DNA of 64,000 nucleotides from an uncultured Collinsella sp. (GTDB lineage Bacteria; Actinomycetota; Coriobacteriia; Coriobacteriales; Coriobacteriaceae), in assembly GCA_958403395.1 (NCBI GenBank), contig CATXXF010000005.1, positions 2,764-66,763 on the forward strand, written 5' to 3'. A program made the position numbers and the translations under genes. Positions 58,829 through 64,000 of the stretch are shown one piece after another. The first letter of the stretch is position 1. The number at the start of each line of letters is the position of its first letter. The notes beneath the pieces are model-generated. The model ran no database searches. It worked only from the letters and a program-made list of their open reading frames with translations, and was not told the DNA's origin.

Positions 58829-58986
58829 GGTTTCCTAACGTTCAAGTCATCTGCCGCCGATTATACGCCGCCACGCGGACCAGCGTCGAACGGCTGACGG
58901 CCACGGGCAATACGGTCTAAGGCGGACGAGCGTGGATTTTTGGACACTTTCCGGAAGAGCGTGAAAACGTCGCTGGTTGAGCATAA

Positions 58987-59102
58987 GTCAGCGAAAACGC
59001 CCCTAGGCGAGCAAGGTGACGTGAAAGAGGAGGGAAGCGTACTTTTGTACGCGACCGACGATTGAACGTCAGATTGCCGCTTAGGGGCGTTTGCAGCGTC
59101 GA
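58987..59102. repeat. Dispersed ~116-bp structured element, copy 2
   Basis: Homologous to 36632-36748. Confidence 0.85.
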
Positions 59103-59137
59103 CCGGTCCGCCGTTCGTCAGAACGGCGGAACCAACC

Positions 59138-59857
59138 CTACATGACCATAACGTAGCGCGATCCCACGTAGTACTGCTTACCCATCAGGACCGGCTCGCC
59201 ATTGGGGCCCGTGAAGCCGGCACGCAGGTTGAGCAGCGGATCGTGCGGAGCAATGCCCAGCTCGGCCGCCTGCTCGGTATTGGCACGAACGGCCTCGACT
59301 GTGCGGTAGCCAACCGAGACAATCGGCGTTCCGCCAACACGCTCGACCTCGGCAAAAATCGACTTGTCCTCAAGATCGGCCGTCAACAGCTCACGGTAGG
59401 CGTCAAACGGCACAAAGATGTTCTCCTCAAAGATGGGCTCGCCGTCGGCTGTACGCACGCGCTTAATATGCAGCAGCAGCGCGTCCTTCTGCAGGCCAAA
59501 GAATTCCATCTCGTTTTGACGTGCCGGCACAATCTGGCGATCGACCACATGTGCGCCCGCCTTCATGCCATTATCGGCACACAGCGCGGTAAACGTCTGC
59601 AGCGTCGAAGCGTGGAACTGGCGGTTGATGTGCGGCGTGGAGACAAAGGTGCCACGGCCCTGCTGCTTAACCAGGTAGCCATCGGAGCACAGCTCCTCGA
59701 CGGCGCGGCGCACCGTAATGCGGCTCACGTCGTACTGCTCGGCTAGCTCAAGCTCGGACGGAATACGCTCCTTGGGTGCATAAACACCTTTCTCGATCGC
59801 ATCCTTGATTTCGTCGTAAATCTGCTGGTAAAGCGGTGCATTTTTGGGCGCAGGCAT
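59138..59857 (-). CDS. GntR (HutC/UTRA) transcriptional regulator
   Basis: PLYQQI, IPSELEL, SRITVRRA, QGRGTFV plus UTRA. Confidence 0.9.
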   Translation of the reverse strand: MPAPKNAPLYQQIYDEIKDAIEKGVYAPKERIPSELELAEQYDVSRITVRRAVEELCSDGYLVKQQGRGTFVSTPHINRQFHASTLQTFTALCADNGMKAGAHVVDRQIVPARQNEMEFFGLQKDALLLHIKRVRTADGEPIFEENIFVPFDAYRELLTADLEDKSIFAEVERVGGTPIVSVGYRTVEAVRANTEQAAELGIAPHDPLLNLRAGFTGPNGEPVLMGKQYYVGSRYVMVM

Positions 59858-59949
59858 ATCTAATCACTCTTATCGAAATATCGAAATAACTAATACGTAT
59901 ATAACGTCTAGTTTCATATTACCTCATAATGATAAAACGATACACCCTC

Positions 59950-59993
59950 CCTACCAAAAAGCGACAGCTTCATTTTGGTAGGTTTTATCTGGG
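59950..59993 (-). repeat. 45-bp REP-like element, copy 2
   Basis: 39/44 identical to copy 1 (reverse complement). Confidence 0.8.
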
Positions 59994-60076
59994 CAAACGA
60001 GAGCCTCTTGAAAGCAATGGGGCTTTCGGGGGGCTCGTTCGGATGGGTTGCGCAGGACCGGCAAAATGCCAATACC

Positions 60077-61084
60077 CTACTTGCCGTCGTCCTGCTGCAG
60101 GCTGTCCTGTTCGCTGAGGCGCGCCTGCCTGCTGGCCATGCGTGCGGGCTTGTCGGGATCGGGAACGGCCGTGGGCATGGGCTCGTCGACATGACCACCC
60201 CACCAGCCGCCCACAAAGTTGAGCGTGTGGAACACATTGATCACGGCGCCGGGATCAACGTCGCACACCAGCTTGATAATGTCCTGGCTCTCGTAGGTCG
60301 AGACAACGGCGTGCAGCAGATACATCTTTTCGCGGCTATATCCGCCAATGACCTCGGCACAGCTAATGCCATGCTGAAAATGGTCAACATAGGTGGTCAT
60401 GACCTCGTCTGCCTTGCGCGTCGTGATCTGCAGCGTCACGCGATCGTAGCGACGATAGAAACTGTCGATGGTCTTGGTCGAAATAAACTGGAACACGATG
60501 GAATACGCCGCCTTGTCCCAGCCAAACATAAAGCCAAAGATCGCCAGGATAAAGCAGTTGAAACCAAAGATGACGCCCCAGATGGTCTTGCCCGTGTGGT
60601 TGGAGACCCACAGCGCGATAAAGTCGGTGCCGCCGGTGGATGCGCCGGACTTGAGCGCGATGGCAGCCCCCAGACCCGAGACCACGCCGCCAAAAATGAT
60701 GAGCATGATCTTGTCGCCCAAAAACGGCGCGAAGTGAAAGATGTTGAGGAACAGCGATGAGAGCACGACCTGCATCATCGAGAAGATGACGAAGCGCTTG
60801 CTGATGCCGCTCCAGCATAGGAGCGCCACGGGGATGTTGAGTGCGAGCATGCCGAGCGAGATGTCGATGTGAACGCCGCCCAGCGAGGTAACGCGATCGA
60901 GCAGGACCGCGACGCCGGTGAGACCACTCGGGAGCAGGTCGGCGGGCTGAATGAACGCCTGGATCAGGAATGTCTGGAGAACGGCGGAAATTGTGACCGC
61001 CACGGCAGTGATGGCGCGGCGGACGATGGTAAGGCGGCCGAGCACGAGCACACGGTCCGTGAGCTGATCGATGGCGTTCGCCAC
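60077..61084 (-). CDS. YitT family membrane protein
   Basis: SGLTG, LNIP, GASTGGTDFI, C-terminal DPGAVI domain; GTG after AAGGAG. Confidence 0.88.
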   Translation of the reverse strand: MANAIDQLTDRVLVLGRLTIVRRAITAVAVTISAVLQTFLIQAFIQPADLLPSGLTGVAVLLDRVTSLGGVHIDISLGMLALNIPVALLCWSGISKRFVIFSMMQVVLSSLFLNIFHFAPFLGDKIMLIIFGGVVSGLGAAIALKSGASTGGTDFIALWVSNHTGKTIWGVIFGFNCFILAIFGFMFGWDKAAYSIVFQFISTKTIDSFYRRYDRVTLQITTRKADEVMTTYVDHFQHGISCAEVIGGYSREKMYLLHAVVSTYESQDIIKLVCDVDPGAVINVFHTLNFVGGWWGGHVDEPMPTAVPDPDKPARMASRQARLSEQDSLQQDDGK

Positions 61085-61223
61085 GTAGGCTCCTTTCGAA
61101 GGCAGATGTAGTTGTGGGGCATGTCCGCGATTGTAGCATGGGGCGTGCGGGACCGCTTCAATTCACCCTCTCTCGACAACCAAAGCGGGACTAGCAACCC
61201 CCACGACCAAAGGCCCAAATTAC

Positions 61224-61342
61224 AAGTGAGTAGACTTTTTACGATCTGGCGAGCACACCCAAAACCGCCAACTCTGTGACCTGCGGTTTTACAAAGGAAG
61301 ATATGCATTGTGCTCGGCCTGCGCCAAAAAGTCTACTCACTT
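61224..61342. repeat. 119-bp element with perfect 17-bp inverted ends
   Basis: AAGTGAGTAGACTTTTT / AAAAAGTCTACTCACTT; inner GAGCACA/TGTGCTC and AAAACCGC/GCGGTTTT arms. Confidence 0.78.
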
Positions 61343-61439
61343 AGTCCGAATCGAAGCCATACGGATCAAAATCGAAACCAAATTGAGCCAGTCCACCGCA
61401 AAAAACGTTTGAACCCGTGCTTCTCGCGGCGGATTGACA

Positions 61440-62069
61440 CTACAAAGCGGCCAAAATGTCGGTCAAATTATCGATAACGGCATCGGCTCGCGATTGATCG
61501 AGGTTGACGCCCTCGTGCGGACGCAGCGCCAGGACGCGGGCGCCGGAGCGCTTGCCAGCCTCGATCCCCATCGGCGAATCCTCGATAACCAGGCACTCGG
61601 CAGGCTCCACCCCCAGCGCCTCCATGGCGCGCAGGTAGATCTCGGGATCGGGCTTAAACGCACTGCACTCGTGGCCGCTGATGGTGTAGTCCAGCACGTC
61701 GGCGATACCGGCAATCTCCACCAGCTCATCAATCAACTCGCGATAGGACGAGCTCGCGATGGCACACTTCACGCCACGCTCGTGCAGCTTGCGCATCACC
61801 GGCTCCGTCTGCTCGTTGAGCAGCTCGGCATACGGAACGGGGTGGACCGGGCTGTAGACTTGCTTGTACTCCACGCGCAGACGCTCGCGCAGCTCAACAT
61901 CGTCGGGCACCAGCGCCTCCCAAATGGCCGGCTCGTTAGACCCCGAAAGATCGGGGATCTCGTCAAAGTGGAACCCCTTCTCTTCCATAAACGCCACGCG
62001 ACGACGGTTGTAGAACCACTCGGTATCGACCAGCACGCCGTCCATATCAAACAGCACTGCCTTGATCAT
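61440..62069 (-). CDS. HAD-IA family phosphatase
   Basis: FDMDGVLVDTE, IASSS, KPDPEIY, IEDS. Confidence 0.92.
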   Translation of the reverse strand: MIKAVLFDMDGVLVDTEWFYNRRRVAFMEEKGFHFDEIPDLSGSNEPAIWEALVPDDVELRERLRVEYKQVYSPVHPVPYAELLNEQTEPVMRKLHERGVKCAIASSSYRELIDELVEIAGIADVLDYTISGHECSAFKPDPEIYLRAMEALGVEPAECLVIEDSPMGIEAGKRSGARVLALRPHEGVNLDQSRADAVIDNLTDILAAL

Positions 62070-62083
62070 ACGCATCTCCTCCC

Positions 62084-62128
62084 ACCTGCCAAAAAGGGAC
62101 AGGTTTATTTTGGTAGGTTTTATCTGGG
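62084..62128 (-). repeat. 45-bp REP-like element, copy 3
   Basis: 44/45 identical to copy 1 (reverse complement). Confidence 0.85.
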
Positions 62129-62163
62129 GTTTTGCGACGCGACGGATTCGCCCTCCCCAAAGC

Positions 62164-62195
62164 AAAAAGGGGACGGGGCGCAAACCCCATCCCCT
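62164..62195 (-). terminator. Intrinsic terminator after the second frlB-like gene
   Basis: AGGGGATGGGG...CCCCGTCCCCTTTTT. Confidence 0.75.
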
Positions 62196-62228
62196 CTCAA
62201 TCAACCCGTAAGGTCTACTTACTTGTGA

Positions 62229-63212
62229 TTAGTAGGAAAGCTTCCACATGTAGCGACGCATGGTCAGCGGGTGCTGACGGGCCTCGGCGATCTGGTTGCC
62301 GTACTCGCGCATAACGGCGAGGTGCAGCAGCGGGTTGAAGTAGGTGACGACGCTCGCGGGCACAGCGTCAGCCAGGCCGTAGTCCTTGGAGTCGATCAGA
62401 GCGACCTTGGCGCCCATGCGCTTAAGGAAGGTGAGGGCGCGGGCGTCCATCGGACGGGTAGCGCCATCGGACATGAAGAAGACGTAGGGCTTACCCTCGG
62501 TGGAAACCTCGAACGGGCCGTGGAAGTACTCGCCGGTGTTGTAGGCGGCGGCGTCGATCCACTGCATCTCGGTGAACAGGAAGGCGGCGTGAGAATAAGC
62601 CATCTTCTCGGAGGCACCGGAAGCCATGAAGTAGATCATCTTGTCGTCCTTGAAGTCCTCGGCGAACTTCTTGGCGAGCTTCTTGCAGGACTGAGCGGCG
62701 TTCTCGCAGAGCTCGAAGACGTTGGTGAGGCCGGTGATCATGTCCTCGTAGTGGTCATAGCCCTCGGTCTGCTGAAGGATCTCGACAGCAAGAGCGATGG
62801 CGTAGCCGGGCTTCTCGCACTTGGCAGCGAAGTTGGCGTGGAAGCCGTGAACGATGACGTAGTCAGCGTCGACGGTCAGAGCGGAGCCAGCCTTGTTGGT
62901 GAGGGAGACGACCGGGCAGTTGTGCTTCTTGGCGGTCTTGTTGGCCTCGACGGTCTCGGGCGTGGAGCCACCGAGGGAGCAGGTGATCACGAAGGTGTGC
63001 TCGTTGACCCAGGAAGGCGTGTCGTAGTTGAACTCGTTAGCAGTGAAGATCTGAACGTTCAGCTTGTCCGTGTTGTTGGCCAGGAAGTACTTGGCGGGGT
63101 AAAGGTCGGACATGGAGGCACCGCAGCCGACGAAGGCGACGCTGTGGATCTCGTGGTTGGACAGGACGTCAGCGACGATCTGCTTAGGGAGGTTAAGGTC
63201 GATCTCGTACAT
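62229..63212 (-). CDS. Second SIS-domain FrlB-like deglycase
   Basis: GCGAS, GSTPET, FTEMQW, GEYFHGPFE, RRYMWK; ATG 63212 after AAAGGAA. Confidence 0.82.
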   Translation of the reverse strand: MYEIDLNLPKQIVADVLSNHEIHSVAFVGCGASMSDLYPAKYFLANNTDKLNVQIFTANEFNYDTPSWVNEHTFVITCSLGGSTPETVEANKTAKKHNCPVVSLTNKAGSALTVDADYVIVHGFHANFAAKCEKPGYAIALAVEILQQTEGYDHYEDMITGLTNVFELCENAAQSCKKLAKKFAEDFKDDKMIYFMASGASEKMAYSHAAFLFTEMQWIDAAAYNTGEYFHGPFEVSTEGKPYVFFMSDGATRPMDARALTFLKRMGAKVALIDSKDYGLADAVPASVVTYFNPLLHLAVMREYGNQIAEARQHPLTMRRYMWKLSY

Positions 63213-63302
63213 CTGACACATTCCTTTCAATTTTTGCGGCGCCACATTGCCGGGCGCTCGCAGGGTTACCGTGATTTGGACCGAGTCGCCGGTCCGTTGA
63301 GG

Positions 63303-63333
63303 ATGTGTCAAAGGAACTGTCCCTTTGACACAT
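63303..63333. repeat. REP-like palindrome
   Basis: ATGTGTCAAAGG-aactgtc-CCTTTGACACAT, perfect 12-bp arms. Confidence 0.6.
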
Positions 63334-63410
63334 TTAGGGATGGAAGCCTGCCTGGGGTATGGGATGCCAGGCAGGCCCCCGGGGGAAAGCGGTTAGGCGC
63401 TTAGTCGCGA

Positions 63411-64000
63411 CTAGGCCAGGATGCCGACCGCGGAGAGGGCGATGCCGCCCACAATGGCGATCACGAGAAGCCAACCGGTGTTGACGTTCTTCTTGATGAG
63501 CCAGTACATAAGGCCGGTGAGGCCAAGGGAGATCATCTGGGGCATCATGCTGTCCAGGATGTCCTGGATCACGACGGTGCCGTCAGCGAACTGCAGCGGG
63601 GTGGTGGCGCCGATCAGCGTGGCGATCATGCCGCCCACGGACATAAGACCCACGATGCCGCAGACATACATGAGCTTCTCCATGAGGTCGCCGCCCTGAA
63701 GCTTGCTCAGGTACTCGTGGCCGCCCTGATATCCCATCTTGGCTGCGAACCAAGTAATCAGCACGGAGGGGACGATGGAGATGAGAAGGGCCAGGATCGG
63801 GCCCATGATGGAGCCCTGCTGAGCCAGCTGAACGCCCAAGCCAAAGGCGATAACGCGGATGGTGCCCTGGAAGAAGGAGTCACCGATGCCGGAAAGCGGG
63901 CCCATAAGGGAGGTCTTGACCGCGTTAATCGAATCGGGGTTGAAGTTCTCGGGATCCTTGGCGTACTCCTCCTCCATGGAGGCGGCGAGGCCCAGGATGA
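63411..64000 (-). CDS. PTS mannose/fructose/sorbose family IID component (5' end off the window)
   Basis: SMEE...VKTSLMGPLSGIGDS, QDILDSMMP. Confidence 0.93.
   Translation of the reverse strand, partial: ILGLAASMEEEYAKDPENFNPDSINAVKTSLMGPLSGIGDSFFQGTIRVIAFGLGVQLAQQGSIMGPILALLISIVPSVLITWFAAKMGYQGGHEYLSKLQGGDLMEKLMYVCGIVGLMSVGGMIATLIGATTPLQFADGTVVIQDILDSMMPQMISLGLTGLMYWLIKKNVNTGWLLVIAIVGGIALSAVGILA

Overview
High-GC chromosomal window. Gene content and order point to a gut Coriobacteriia genome, probably Collinsella (inference). Housekeeping genes: proC (partial), rlmH, tatD, rsmA, metG, rsmI, rsgA, pyk, pheST with a Phe T-box, glmM, metA, recQ, and three tRNAs (Leu-CAG, Phe-GAA, Val-GAC). Accessory blocks: (i) a monoderm Tad/Flp pilus operon followed by DUF192 and a toxin/RHH-antitoxin pair next to tRNA-Phe; (ii) a NikMNQO-type ECF transporter with a NikR-like operator; (iii) a defence islet after tRNA-Val (DUF5710 protein, divergent Sau3AI-like REase and m5C MTase, an orphan protein, and an AlbA_2/HATPase/wHTH protein); (iv) an Amadori-product (fructosamine) cluster with two FrlB-like deglycases, two GntR/UTRA regulators, a HAD phosphatase and a mannose-family PTS IID. 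The most unusual signals are non-coding. Two related ~190-bp tRNA-linked elements each carry an inverted copy of their own host tRNA T-arm. The P-type ATPase leader has two hairpins with complementary loops and hides the RBS. Five GATC sites cluster in the R-M divergent promoter. Several families of dispersed palindromic elements occur, some with compensatory changes. All calls come from reading the sequence by eye; no database searches were run.
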